A DNA stretch of 64,000 nucleotides from a virus (IMGVR_UViG_3300025133_000073:11407-75406), one strand, 5' to 3'; positions 31,122-40,744 are shown, counted from the stretch's first letter. Notes: generated by a model from the letters alone, not told the origin. Numbers and translations: made by a program.

Positions 31122-32280
31122 GTCCGAATGTTATTCTTGATTCATAAATTCTCTCACTGTTCATATCAGTGATCTCATAATCAACTCCTGCGTTACCGCT
31201 TCCAAAGTTGTTGTGTATCCAACCAGACGCACCATACATGCTCATGTTGTTCTTATAGCGGAACCTTTTAGCATAATTGATAGCAGATTGATGTAGATCT
31301 CCTTTGACCACATGTATAAAAGGACTTCGTATCTTCTTACGGTCAATATAGTCATTGATGTATCCTTCCGTCTTATCATTCAAGTTAAGAGGCATGCCTG
31401 ACCTTAGATCTCTTTCGTCCTTACCGTGTCCATAGATGTATGCGTGTTCACCGAATATGATATGATCTAAGAGCTGAGATGATACGATCACCTCGCAGTT
31501 CGCATGTCGCAATTCAAGATAGTATTTGATAGCAAGCAGTGCTCCGTAACCGAATGAACCTGTATGGTTATCATTGGAAACAAGAACGAGCTTATAGTTG
31601 TTTGCAGTATCGTTGGTGATAACTGTCTCCATTGTTTTGATCGTTACCTCAACAAAGCAATCAACCTGCTCTCTATCGTCCATGTTCTGAGGCAGTATAT
31701 GACCACCACGTGTAGTTTGACCGTTCTGACCGTCTAACGGATCACCCAGGTCATACATCACGAATGTATCAAACTTACCGAACACTTCTCTTTCCTGCAT
31801 TATCCTATCAACTAAAAGACCGTGGCGTTCAAAAACTGCATCACGGTCATATTTGTTCTCATACATACTATTTGTAGCTGTTCGCGCTCCAATATGCTTA
31901 TCCGATGTGAACACCGACAGCATAAGATCACTCTCAGCTCTATCATGCTTCTCCTGATAAGGTTCAACCCTATCTTTAAGAAGACGCTCAAGTACAGCTT
32001 CAATGTCCTCAAACGCAATTTGATCCTCATCCCGTTCATACGAGAATCCGACCTTTCCTTCAGGTGTGATCCACTTTCTGCGGATCTTCATCCTGATCTC
32101 ATCATGTTGCTCGAAGTTACCCTCTTTAATGATCTTTCGAGCTTCCTGCTGCACCGACCCTGTTTCAATAAGTGAAACGTTGATGCCAATGTTTTTCAAT
32201 CGTTCTCTAAGTTGAGTAGCGGGCTTCTTAACCCAACTGTTCTTCTTTAGAACGAAATCCAACGCTTGTTGTCTATCCAT
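31111..32280 (-). CDS. Calcineurin-like metallophosphoesterase (389 aa)
   Basis: SDKHIG, DLGD, SNDNH, GHG and GDLH metal-binding motifs in canonical order. Confidence 0.8.
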   Translation of the reverse strand: MDRQQALDFVLKKNSWVKKPATQLRERLKNIGINVSLIETGSVQQEARKIIKEGNFEQHDEIRMKIRRKWITPEGKVGFSYERDEDQIAFEDIEAVLERLLKDRVEPYQEKHDRAESDLMLSVFTSDKHIGARTATNSMYENKYDRDAVFERHGLLVDRIMQEREVFGKFDTFVMYDLGDPLDGQNGQTTRGGHILPQNMDDREQVDCFVEVTIKTMETVITNDTANNYKLVLVSNDNHTGSFGYGALLAIKYYLELRHANCEVIVSSQLLDHIIFGEHAYIYGHGKDERDLRSGMPLNLNDKTEGYINDYIDRKKIRSPFIHVVKGDLHQSAINYAKRFRYKNNMSMYGASGWIHNNFGSGNAGVDYEITDMNSERIYESRITFGHDT

Positions 32281-32293
32281 TGATCAGTTATTA

Positions 32294-32301
32294 CAAATTT
32301 A
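32294..32301 (-). promoter_or_regulatory. -7 promoter box TAAATTTG, 13 nt upstream of the phosphoesterase ATG
   Basis: TAnnTTTG in the short intergenic gap. Confidence 0.55.
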
Positions 32302-32305
32302 AGCA

Positions 32306-32821
32306 TTATTTAAGAAGCAAATAAAACATAGCAGCTAATGACGCCCCTATTACAATAGGACCCCCTATCACTATGACCTTTGCAGGTAATAATTTCTTCT
32401 TAAGACCTTTTATCTCAAGGTCCTTATTATCAGTAATCTTCTGTTCTGCTGTGTACTGTTTCCTTACTTCATTGTTCTTAAGTTCCAGATCGATTATATT
32501 CAATGTCATCAACTCCTGCTGACGCTCACAATTGAATAGATCGAATATTAGTTCTGAATTGATAGCCTCTAAACTATCATTTATTGATTCAGTTCTGATA
32601 CGTGAAGCATGTATCTCCCTGATGATGTCCATGCCGACAGCAGTAGTACGGAACATGATGCCGAGTTTAGGGTCATCAACAATGTCGTTGGTATATTCCC
32701 TTCCGTCTGCGGTAGTATCAGTTATTGATATCGTGTCCTTTGAAGATGTCTCCGATTGCCCAAAAGTCAGCAATGGCATCATCAGAAGCAATGATAGCAA
32801 TATCTCTTTCAAATTTCTCAT
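32306..32821 (-). CDS. Signal-peptide, coiled-coil protein with C-terminal TM helix (spanin-like candidate)
   Basis: N-terminal signal peptide, coiled coil and C-terminal hydrophobic helix. Overlaps the upstream gene by ~100 nt. Confidence 0.55.
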   Translation of the reverse strand: MRNLKEILLSLLLMMPLLTFGQSETSSKDTISITDTTADGREYTNDIVDDPKLGIMFRTTAVGMDIIREIHASRIRTESINDSLEAINSELIFDLFNCERQQELMTLNIIDLELKNNEVRKQYTAEQKITDNKDLEIKGLKKKLLPAKVIVIGGPIVIGASLAAMFYLLLK

Positions 32822-33098
32822 CTATCTTAGGTAAATTACCTTCTATCCGTTTTCTCCTTTTCCTGCTTTCTTCACGTTCACCATCTATATCAGCGATCTG
32901 AACATCACGTGCTTCAATGATCTTATTCAATGAATCAATACGTGCATCAGATAATTTCTGTGCTGTACGAAGATCCTTATTCTCCTTATGTAAAGCAAGA
33001 AGATAAGGTTCTCCTTTAAATAGAGCAACTGCTCCTGCGATAAGCATTACTATGAATATTACTATGAATATCCACTCAAGTGATGTTCTTTTCTCCAT
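32718..33098 (-). CDS. N-terminal TM plus coiled-coil protein (i-spanin-like candidate)
   Basis: WIFIVIFIVMLIAGAVALF followed by a coiled coil. Start placed at MEKRT. Next to the putative endolysin. Confidence 0.55.
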   Translation of the reverse strand: MEKRTSLEWIFIVIFIVMLIAGAVALFKGEPYLLALHKENKDLRTAQKLSDARIDSLNKIIEARDVQIADIDGEREESRKRRKRIEGNLPKIDEKFERDIAIIASDDAIADFWAIGDIFKGHDINN

Positions 33099-33549
33099 TG
33101 TAAAACCCGTTACCGCATATTTCCAATTCGATCTCTGCATCATCATCTTCAATTAGATCCATTATCTTATAGAACGTCTGCTTTTTAGATGCTGCTATCT
33201 CATCATTACCGTCTCCGTCAAAATCAGCATAATGCTGACCTACAAGGACACAGCCTCTGATATCAGGTTGTCCTGATTTAGGATTCTTACTTGCTGCATA
33301 ATTCCCCCAATGGACGAGAATATAACCTCTATCAGGTACTCCCGTAATATGCAGATGTCGTTTGTACTTATTGGAATAACGCACTACAACCTTATACTTT
33401 CCTTCAGGTATACAACTGATGTTCGACTGATTGTCCAACCAAGGAAGCTCAAGTGTCTTACACATGAATTTCTTTGTATCAGTTGTCAGTAACCAATCTC
33501 CTTTGGTCTGCTCTTCTTCGTAATGTCTATCTATATGTATGTTTATCAT
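33076..33549 (-). CDS. DUF5675-like protein (candidate endolysin/peptidase)
   Basis: TLELPW..N..NISCIPEGKY...ILVHWGN...GCVLVG motif, with His and Cys as putative catalytic residues. Confidence 0.7.
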   Translation of the reverse strand: MINIHIDRHYEEEQTKGDWLLTTDTKKFMCKTLELPWLDNQSNISCIPEGKYKVVVRYSNKYKRHLHITGVPDRGYILVHWGNYAASKNPKSGQPDIRGCVLVGQHYADFDGDGNDEIAASKKQTFYKIMDLIEDDDAEIELEICGNGFYNGEKNIT

Positions 33550-33965
33550 TTCCCTTCAATTTCCATAGATACTTCAGCATCTTCTCCTAATATCCAATTA
33601 TGAGGATTCTTAGGGCTATCGGTAATATGTTCCTGTACCCACGCTTCACCTGCGGCTATAAAAAGAATATCAGGGTCCATGTTATCTTCTGACATGTAAT
33701 CCTCAAAATGATTCTTATTACTGTTATAGAACGCATGTGAGGGTTGAGGAATATCTGATGATCCTATATTCAACCATAGTTCGTTTATGAAAGCACATCT
33801 GTCCTCCCATCCTTCTTTTATAGGGATAAATGTGTTCAGGCTCCCCTGTCCTGTAGTAAACATCTGACCTACTTTTACTATTGAAATATGTAATATAGGA
33901 CCACTTGAGTGACTTATCACATAGCGATCCTCTGTACCGTTTCTATTATCAAATTCTTGTGCCAT
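33546..33965 (-). CDS. Hypothetical protein (139 aa)
   Basis: In-operon ORF with an ATGA overlap. Confidence 0.6.
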   Translation of the reverse strand: MAQEFDNRNGTEDRYVISHSSGPILHISIVKVGQMFTTGQGSLNTFIPIKEGWEDRCAFINELWLNIGSSDIPQPSHAFYNSNKNHFEDYMSEDNMDPDILFIAAGEAWVQEHITDSPKNPHNWILGEDAEVSMEIEGK

Positions 33966-33975
33966 GTTCTATATT

Positions 33976-35004
33976 TTAAACTGAACCTCCATCTACGATC
34001 GTCCATCCGTAAGTGCTGATCAATGAAGCTCTTGCTGCCTTTCCTGCACCCGCTCCTGTATATGTACTATTTCCGAAGTTTATACTTACTGCGTTCGTAG
34101 GAGCCTGTGCTTCCCACGCAATGAGAATAGCATCGTATACTGCTGTTGAGAATGTATTTGCCGCAAACAGATTCACTGCTGCTGTTATACCTCCTATTGT
34201 CCAAGTAACTACACCTCCTCCTAAATAATTTGTATTCTGGTTGAATACTCCTGACATACTTCCACTCGGAACCCATCCTGAGATAGTTCCGTTCTGTGTG
34301 GTCATTCCTCTAAAGGCGTCTGTCCATGTTGATATACCGCTTACATCCCATGAACTAAGATCACTTCTTGTATAAGAACTATTATTCAACATCATCTGTT
34401 GAATATTTGTAACACCTGCGTGTATCAGATTCGATATATCACCGTTGAATGAAGTATTCAGATAAAGGAATTGAATGAACGATGTAACACCTGTTGTACC
34501 CCATCCGCTAAAATCACCATCTACTAATGATCCGCATCCTCTGAACGTATAATCCAGATTCGTTGCTGACACAGTAGGTGAGTCAATAACTGATATTGCC
34601 GTCATATTATCACATCCGAAGAATCCTCTATTAGTACTAAAGTCAAAATCTCCCCAACTTGTAATACTTAATAGTTTAAGTTTATCCAATCCATTATTGA
34701 ATTTCCATTGATCGATAACACCTGTAATAGTAATAGTATACGTTCCTGATGCAGCATACGTATGCGTCACCTCTGCTTGATTATAAGCAGTTATAGTGTC
34801 ACTATTGGAGTCACCCCAATCAACATCAAAAGGAAATGTTCCTCCTGATATAAGAGGAAGTTTAAATTGCGTACTCGTTGAAGATCCTGCACTTGTCTTA
34901 GTGGTATCGACTTCAAATACGAATCCTGCAACTCCTCCCCCTCCTATTATAGAGTGATAAGAGGTCTTTGACCTACATTTGATATTAGGACGGAAGTTAT
35001 TCAT
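33976..35004 (-). CDS. PKD-like plus DUF285/BspA-like repeat protein (342 aa), putative receptor-binding or surface protein
   Basis: VDWGD...THTYAASGTYTITITG (PKD-like), followed by FNGDIS/DLSSWDVS-type repeats and a YGWTIVDGG end. Confidence 0.75.
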   Translation of the reverse strand: MNNFRPNIKCRSKTSYHSIIGGGGVAGFVFEVDTTKTSAGSSTSTQFKLPLISGGTFPFDVDWGDSNSDTITAYNQAEVTHTYAASGTYTITITGVIDQWKFNNGLDKLKLLSITSWGDFDFSTNRGFFGCDNMTAISVIDSPTVSATNLDYTFRGCGSLVDGDFSGWGTTGVTSFIQFLYLNTSFNGDISNLIHAGVTNIQQMMLNNSSYTRSDLSSWDVSGISTWTDAFRGMTTQNGTISGWVPSGSMSGVFNQNTNYLGGGVVTWTIGGITAAVNLFAANTFSTAVYDAILIAWEAQAPTNAVSINFGNSTYTGAGAGKAARASLISTYGWTIVDGGSV

Positions 35005-35006
35005 TA

Positions 35007-35318
35007 CTACAATGTAGAGTTATAACCCACAACTACTTGATCAATTGTTAGTTTAGTGATCTTACTTCCTTGTGGCGCAGGTAGATATGCACCTGCGGGA
35101 GCAGAAGCAGCCGCTAATCCTCTTGCTGTTCGCTTGTCTGCATCATCCTCTTCATATACGGTAATAGAACATGCAGTATCACCTATGATGATACTATCAA
35201 ATTCTTTATCTGTATGAGCACCTGCAGCAAGTACTTCATAACTTTTTGATCCAACTTCTCTTTCTAACGGTTGCAGCATTTTACGTAAAAGTTGTACTAT
35301 TATATTTCCTTCTTTCAT
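35007..35318 (-). CDS. Hypothetical protein (103 aa)
   Basis: Tightly packed operon ORF. Confidence 0.6.
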   Translation of the reverse strand: MKEGNIIVQLLRKMLQPLEREVGSKSYEVLAAGAHTDKEFDSIIIGDTACSITVYEEDDADKRTARGLAAASAPAGAYLPAPQGSKITKLTIDQVVVGYNSTL

Positions 35319-35319
35319 C

Positions 35320-35568
35320 TTATTCTGGTTTACGAGCTTCTCTCATTATATCCTGAAGCTCAAGGTTTGCTTTATTTTCTTTCTCTGGATCCAATTTTGA
35401 ATTCTCAAAGATCTCATCCTGTATAGGAACTTCCTTTACTATACTATCTGCTTCCCAATACTCAACATTCTGTGTAGCTACGTTATAGCTTCTATTTTGA
35501 GCCTTTACAGGCATCATACTGAGCTTGCAGAAGCATATTAGCACTAAGCAATACGTTATCCTTTTCAT
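35320..35568 (-). CDS. Small secreted or lipoprotein-like protein
   Basis: MKRITYCLVLICFCKLS signal-like start; overlaps the upstream TM gene by 77 nt. Confidence 0.45.
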   Translation of the reverse strand: MKRITYCLVLICFCKLSMMPVKAQNRSYNVATQNVEYWEADSIVKEVPIQDEIFENSKLDPEKENKANLELQDIMREARKPE

Positions 35569-35701
35569 ATTGTTCAATTTTTGCCTTATTATAACCTCGT
35601 TCCTCATAAAGGACAGTAGCTTCTATTGCTAAAGGTATCAATACCAATGTGAGCATCAGTTGCCAATTCTTTTTGAAGAAGTCTTTTGTTTGTTCGGACA
35701 T
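35492..35701 (-). CDS. Small single-TM membrane protein (69 aa)
   Basis: Hydrophobic helix followed by a short coiled coil; follows the holin. Confidence 0.55.
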   Translation of the reverse strand: MSEQTKDFFKKNWQLMLTLVLIPLAIEATVLYEERGYNKAKIEQYEKDNVLLSANMLLQAQYDACKGSK

Positions 35702-35749
35702 TTTACTTCATCATTGCATGTACATTCTTTAGGCGCGTACGGACACCAT

Positions 35750-36190
35750 TTATTTGCTTTCTTTTTCTTCTTCGTCCTTATTTTCATTCCTTGGTTTAAA
35801 GGCATCTATCTTATCTTTCAGATATGTCCAGATGTCAGTATCTGTAATATAACCAATATTTTCCATATTTGATCTGAATTCCACAAGAGCTATGTATCCT
35901 GCGGTAAGACTCGTGATAGGCATCCAAGCCATGAATATCACTTCAAGTAAATGAGCAAGTATGATAGCTATGGCATACATTATCATCTTAGTGATGGTAC
36001 GTGCCATTGCTCTCGAATGTATCTTCTCACCTCGTTTCTTTGCTGCACATATACCTGTGAATGTATCCATTATTGCAAATAGCCCTACGGCGATTATCAT
36101 TGTTGTTATGGGAGCAAAGAATGCCATTAAGAATGGTAATCCTATTGTCATAAGGCTTTTCCAAGTGAATGCTGTATACGATATTGTCAT
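35750..36190 (-). CDS. Phage holin (146 aa)
   Basis: Multiple TM helices with D..TG...A....E.I.S....RT..K and E..S..EN motifs of the Phage_holin_4-type family; charged C-terminus. Confidence 0.8.
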   Translation of the reverse strand: MTISYTAFTWKSLMTIGLPFLMAFFAPITTMIIAVGLFAIMDTFTGICAAKKRGEKIHSRAMARTITKMIMYAIAIILAHLLEVIFMAWMPITSLTAGYIALVEFRSNMENIGYITDTDIWTYLKDKIDAFKPRNENKDEEEKESK

Positions 36191-36882
36191 ACTAAAGGTG
36201 ATGTTACTTCCTGAGGTTCATACCCTCCAGTACATTTTTGGCAGTATTTATCAAGCCATGTTTTCATTTCACACAGCTCTTCATTTGTCATACAGCTTCC
36301 AGAGATGTTATCTGTCTCTGTAATAGAGGACGAAATACTGGTACTGTTAAAATCTATCATAACAAGTCCTAATGCAGTTGCTGACCAAGGGTCAGTTGCT
36401 GTTCCCCATTCTTCAGAGAATTTCAAAGTGTATGTCCCTATACCTGTCAAAGGATCAATAACTACCGATGAAGTGAAATCCTGAGCACTATTGAACGCTT
36501 GATTGATCACTGTGTGTAATTGTGTATTCAGATCAATAAGATCTGTACATACATAATCACCCATCATAGGGATCTCTATGGTCATTGCACCGTCATAACT
36601 TGTTACGATCGGATTTGCAGTTACAGTAACCGTTGTAGGAAATACTGGAACACCTGGCACCACATGGAAAAACTCATGAGTTACTGTTGCTGTCCACCAT
36701 GTAGCATCGCTACCTGAAGGATTACACGCAAGCATCTCTAAGAAGACATTTGCTATGAAATCATTGTTGATGCAGCACATTGCATTCTCTACAGAATGCT
36801 TTAAAAGTTCATGTGTAGCATGAGTACTTGTTGATACACAACAAAGTTTGTTATTCACATATTTCTGTACTGCGTTTGCCAT
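36187..36882 (-). CDS. Cys-rich structural protein (tail hub/fibre attachment candidate)
   Basis: Cys clusters at both ends; located in the tail operon. Confidence 0.5.
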   Translation of the reverse strand: MANAVQKYVNNKLCCVSTSTHATHELLKHSVENAMCCINNDFIANVFLEMLACNPSGSDATWWTATVTHEFFHVVPGVPVFPTTVTVTANPIVTSYDGAMTIEIPMMGDYVCTDLIDLNTQLHTVINQAFNSAQDFTSSVVIDPLTGIGTYTLKFSEEWGTATDPWSATALGLVMIDFNSTSISSSITETDNISGSCMTNEELCEMKTWLDKYCQKCTGGYEPQEVTSPLV

Positions 36883-37241
36883 TATGTAAAATTAACACTT
36901 GTTTTATAATCGATCAATATCTCACTTCCTTCTGCTATTGCTTTGGTTGCCGTGAATCTGAACAGGTTGTTCTCCTCATCTGTTTCCCAATCTGCATTAG
37001 GTTCAGTAGAGTGATTGTACGTACTTCCGAATCCCAATACTATGCAATTTGTCTTTGAATAAATAGGGAATGTATAAACGTAGTTCTTCAGGTCGTCAAG
37101 ATAACCGTAATCTGCATCTGTCAGGAATATGAAGTGACATTCTTCAAGAATCTCACCTTCAGCTATATCAGCAGAAGCGAATACTCCTCTTCCCTCTACT
37201 TCAGAGTCCTTTATATATAATTTTGTCGCTGCCTGTAACAT
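36882..37241 (-). CDS. SET-domain protein-lysine methyltransferase (~119 aa)
   Basis: GRGVFA..DI..GEI, YNHSTEPNA and AIAEGSEILIDY are the canonical SET motifs. Start placed at MLQAA, just after the upstream stop. Confidence 0.88.
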   Translation of the reverse strand: MLQAATKLYIKDSEVEGRGVFASADIAEGEILEECHFIFLTDADYGYLDDLKNYVYTFPIYSKTNCIVLGFGSTYNHSTEPNADWETDEENNLFRFTATKAIAEGSEILIDYKTSVNFT

Positions 37242-37242
37242 C

Positions 37243-38685
37243 TTATCGTATTTCTTCCCATCTGATGCCTGCAAGTACGGCTGCGTCCGATGCGTCAGAC
37301 CTTATTGCGGCTACTGTGAGTATTCCTGTACCCGAACCTTGTTTATCCCACAGAACCGTTTTTCCAAGAACACTTGCTGTATTTCCTGCTGCCACTATTG
37401 ACCCTTTACCTCCGCCTCCTGATGCATATACATACTCACTGTCTATCTCATGTCCGTTCGATACTGCTGTAGCAGCTATGTCGAACTCCATACAACTTTC
37501 AGATGTGTCAACATCATTCCATGCAGCATTAGTAAGAACAGCGTCATGAAGTATCACATATCTGATACTCTCGTCTGTTTGAACGAATACGCTCTTTGGA
37601 AGAGAGAGTATCATATTGTCAAATGTCTGAAAAGTGCTTTTAGGTCTAATACTTATCAACGGTACCAAAGTTGTACTAACAGTATATGTAGATATTCCTC
37701 TGTCTGCAACTCTTGGGAGCCCAGGTATATCAACAAGATCTGCACCTCCTTCACTCTTGACAGTACAGCAAATAGCCTTCATTGTAGCAGAAGCATTTGC
37801 TGCTATCTTGTATCGATACCCTATTGCATTAGCATCGTTTCCGTATCCGCATTCCATATAAGTAATGCCTCCTGTGGTATACACTTTGAAATATGCAGGA
37901 AGATTTGCCATCTGCCAGTAACCTGAATTTCTCAGATTATCATTATGAATACTTCCAAGATACGTTGGAGCACCGTTTGCTACTTTGAAGAATCTGATCG
38001 TACCGACCTTGAGAGATTGAAAATCCATACCTAAGATATGAGATTTTGACCAATCCATAGATGTAGTATCTATCGCCCAATCATCTTCATGTACAACATC
38101 AAGATCTGCAGCAGACCCTGATATAGAGCTTCTAAGAAAGAACTCAGCGTTTCCTCCTCCTATATTTGCAAGGTCGAGAACAGTAGTTTCTTCTATTAAC
38201 TGAGAGTTACCTGGAGTGTATACGATCGGGTGAGAACGCATTTCCGCATATGACCCGTTATTCGCATCACTCAATGAGAGTGTAAGGTCTCTGGTATTAC
38301 CGTTATGTGTGACCGTCCCATTATTGATTATCTCATCGAAGTAGTCAGGTTGCTTATCGTAAAGGAACTCAACATCAGCTCGTTGTCCTGTACCTGATAC
38401 TCTGTCTCTACTGAAGGCATCCTTTGATAGATCTGATGTACCACTTGCTCCTGTACCACCGAGATACCCATCAATGATCTCAATAAGTTCAAGTTCTGTT
38501 GTAGATACAGGTAGGATAAATTCCTTATATGCATCATTTACCACAATTACACCATCAGATGTAATTATGATATTACCATTGTCACCACTTACAGTAGTAA
38601 CAGACTTGAAGTAATAATTGATCTTACTGATCGTATCATTATAAACAAGGATTCTATCTGGTCGATCTTCTACGTGCCATGCCAT
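37243..38685 (-). CDS. Virion structural/tail fibre-associated protein (480 aa)
   Basis: DAFSRDRVS motif and beta-rich body ending WEEIR, like phage virion proteins. Confidence 0.6.
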   Translation of the reverse strand: MAWHVEDRPDRILVYNDTISKINYYFKSVTTVSGDNGNIIITSDGVIVVNDAYKEFILPVSTTELELIEIIDGYLGGTGASGTSDLSKDAFSRDRVSGTGQRADVEFLYDKQPDYFDEIINNGTVTHNGNTRDLTLSLSDANNGSYAEMRSHPIVYTPGNSQLIEETTVLDLANIGGGNAEFFLRSSISGSAADLDVVHEDDWAIDTTSMDWSKSHILGMDFQSLKVGTIRFFKVANGAPTYLGSIHNDNLRNSGYWQMANLPAYFKVYTTGGITYMECGYGNDANAIGYRYKIAANASATMKAICCTVKSEGGADLVDIPGLPRVADRGISTYTVSTTLVPLISIRPKSTFQTFDNMILSLPKSVFVQTDESIRYVILHDAVLTNAAWNDVDTSESCMEFDIAATAVSNGHEIDSEYVYASGGGGKGSIVAAGNTASVLGKTVLWDKQGSGTGILTVAAIRSDASDAAVLAGIRWEEIR

Positions 38686-39680
38686 TATCGTACGAGTGTT
38701 AATGTTGCCGCATTAAGTGTTATTTCATTTGCTACAGCACCTACTCCATTCTGTCCTGTGACAAGTACTGCTGCTCCTGATACATCAAAGTCTGTTACCG
38801 CACTTGATTTTACAACCGTCACTTCAGGTGCTATCCCGTTGAAGGCATAAGTACCGTAAGTACGTGCTGAAGTATTACCGACCCTCTGTATTGTAAGATC
38901 TATGATAAGATCTGTACCATTAGGTGCTGTAGTTACAGTATTTGAAGTTATTTGTATACCATCTACATAGACCCGTATTGTTTTAGCATTTACGGTTCCT
39001 CCTATTGCTACATACGCTTTCAACTGAGCAGCGTCACCATCTGTGAGTTCTGCTGCAGGAATAGTACCTGTAAATAATGTAGCTTCTACTGTATCCATTG
39101 CAGTAGCAAGTGATGTAACAGAAGAAGTAAGGAGTGTTATCTCACTGAGTAATTCATTCCCTAATGATGCATCTGCTATACGTGCTGCTGCGAGTGTGCC
39201 TGAAAGCTTTGCAGCATCCATGTCACTCATCTCAGTATCGGTAATTGTACCTGCTTGTATCTTAGACCCATCAAGATCTATGATCTTATCGTCAGCAATT
39301 GTAGCAAGTTCTATCATTGAACCGTCTATCACTCCGTCCTCGTGAAAGGATACGAGATCGTAGACATCCCAAGATGACCCGTTATAGTTTGCAAATAAGA
39401 TGCAGTTCTTAGCTACTATTTCCTCAGGAAGTACTGTCCCTAAGAAGTTCACCAAGTTAGGTGAAGTAGATGATATGGTAGCACTCCAATACACAAGTAG
39501 TGAAGTGTCTGTAGCAGGTGTTCCCACTGCTGCGAATGTCAATACTCCTGCAAGAGTATGTGTCCCTGTTACTCGGAATGTTCCGTATAATGGCTCAGTT
39601 CCTGCTGACGCCTTATCAACATTGATATTGATCGTTGCAGGAGATGCAGATATTGCCAGTTCTTTTACTATGCTGTCCAT
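38685..39680 (-). CDS. Putative tail fibre protein (331 aa)
   Basis: Ala/Thr-rich with I.DxxI-type fibre repeats; in the tail operon. Confidence 0.55.
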   Translation of the reverse strand: MDSIVKELAISASPATININVDKASAGTEPLYGTFRVTGTHTLAGVLTFAAVGTPATDTSLLVYWSATISSTSPNLVNFLGTVLPEEIVAKNCILFANYNGSSWDVYDLVSFHEDGVIDGSMIELATIADDKIIDLDGSKIQAGTITDTEMSDMDAAKLSGTLAAARIADASLGNELLSEITLLTSSVTSLATAMDTVEATLFTGTIPAAELTDGDAAQLKAYVAIGGTVNAKTIRVYVDGIQITSNTVTTAPNGTDLIIDLTIQRVGNTSARTYGTYAFNGIAPEVTVVKSSAVTDFDVSGAAVLVTGQNGVGAVANEITLNAATLTLVR

Positions 39681-40732
39681 TACGATGTATAATTTAAGAA
39701 GATTAGATCTGATTTTATCACTTTGATAGGAGATGATCCTACTACCGAATTCGTTTTAATGAATGTTTCTACAGTATATGCTGTGGAATCCAACGTAAGA
39801 CCTCCTATTGTCTGTCCTGATCTGATATATGTATCGGACGGTGCGATTATAGCTCCTGCATTAGGAGCATACAGGAAGTCCTGAGTATAATCTCCGTGAT
39901 AGAACACTTCAACAGCAGCTTCTATACGTACTGTAGTGTTATTCACTCTTGTGATGTCAACTACAACTCGATATCCTTGTGTTCTTCCCTCATTTATGTC
40001 GGTTGAACCCGCCACACCTATTTCAAGTGCTGTTCCCGCGCCTGCAGGTCCGAATTTGATCTGTAGACCATGTGTATGATGATTACTTGCTGTAGTACCT
40101 ATCACTGCACACTCATATCTGAGTGTATCCTGATTGTCAGCAAGTGTGTCAGCGTCTACTGTTATTGCACCTGTTCCTAATACGAATGAATTGCTCGATG
40201 TAGGGGTTGCTGCAGCAAGAATGTGTGATAACAATCCTATACCTGCGGCACCTGTTCCTCCTGTTCCACCAGTAGGTCCTGTGTCTCCATCAGGCATCAG
40301 ACATACTACTACATCATCCTCATCAGTGAAAGCTCCGTTACTGACAACATGTGTCACAGTAAGATCGTACTCGGCAGGGACAGCAGCCGCATCAGCAGCA
40401 GTTATCTCACCTAACCAGTATATTGAACTATCATCTTCCTTGAATATCTTGATACGACCGAATGGAGTAGTGCCTACTGACGCAAGAAAAGAACTTACAT
40501 CAACACCTTCCGATGCCGTGTCATTTATAAATATATGGGTAACGCTTGCGAGAGTAGCATTATTGAAACGTACTTCACCGCTACCTGTAGTATTAGCAGT
40601 ACCGCTATCATACTCCCACTTTAATGCCCAACCGCCGTAAAGACCGTCTGTTCCATCTGTACCTGTAGGTCCTTGCGATAATTGAACTCCGCCGTCAAAG
40701 CAGTCATCATTACATCCTGCACATCCACTCAT
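39680..40732 (-). CDS. Putative tail fibre protein with short collagen-like GxT repeats (350 aa)
   Basis: GPTGTDGTDG and GDTGPTGGTGGTG repeats; Cys-rich N-terminus. Confidence 0.6.
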   Translation of the reverse strand: MSGCAGCNDDCFDGGVQLSQGPTGTDGTDGLYGGWALKWEYDSGTANTTGSGEVRFNNATLASVTHIFINDTASEGVDVSSFLASVGTTPFGRIKIFKEDDSSIYWLGEITAADAAAVPAEYDLTVTHVVSNGAFTDEDDVVVCLMPDGDTGPTGGTGGTGAAGIGLLSHILAAATPTSSNSFVLGTGAITVDADTLADNQDTLRYECAVIGTTASNHHTHGLQIKFGPAGAGTALEIGVAGSTDINEGRTQGYRVVVDITRVNNTTVRIEAAVEVFYHGDYTQDFLYAPNAGAIIAPSDTYIRSGQTIGGLTLDSTAYTVETFIKTNSVVGSSPIKVIKSDLIFLNYTS

Positions 40733-40744
40733 TGTCTTTCATTT

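Noticed and set aside
33976-40732. Diversity-generating retroelement targeting fibre genes
   Set aside because: No reverse transcriptase and no template/variable repeat pair noticed in this window.
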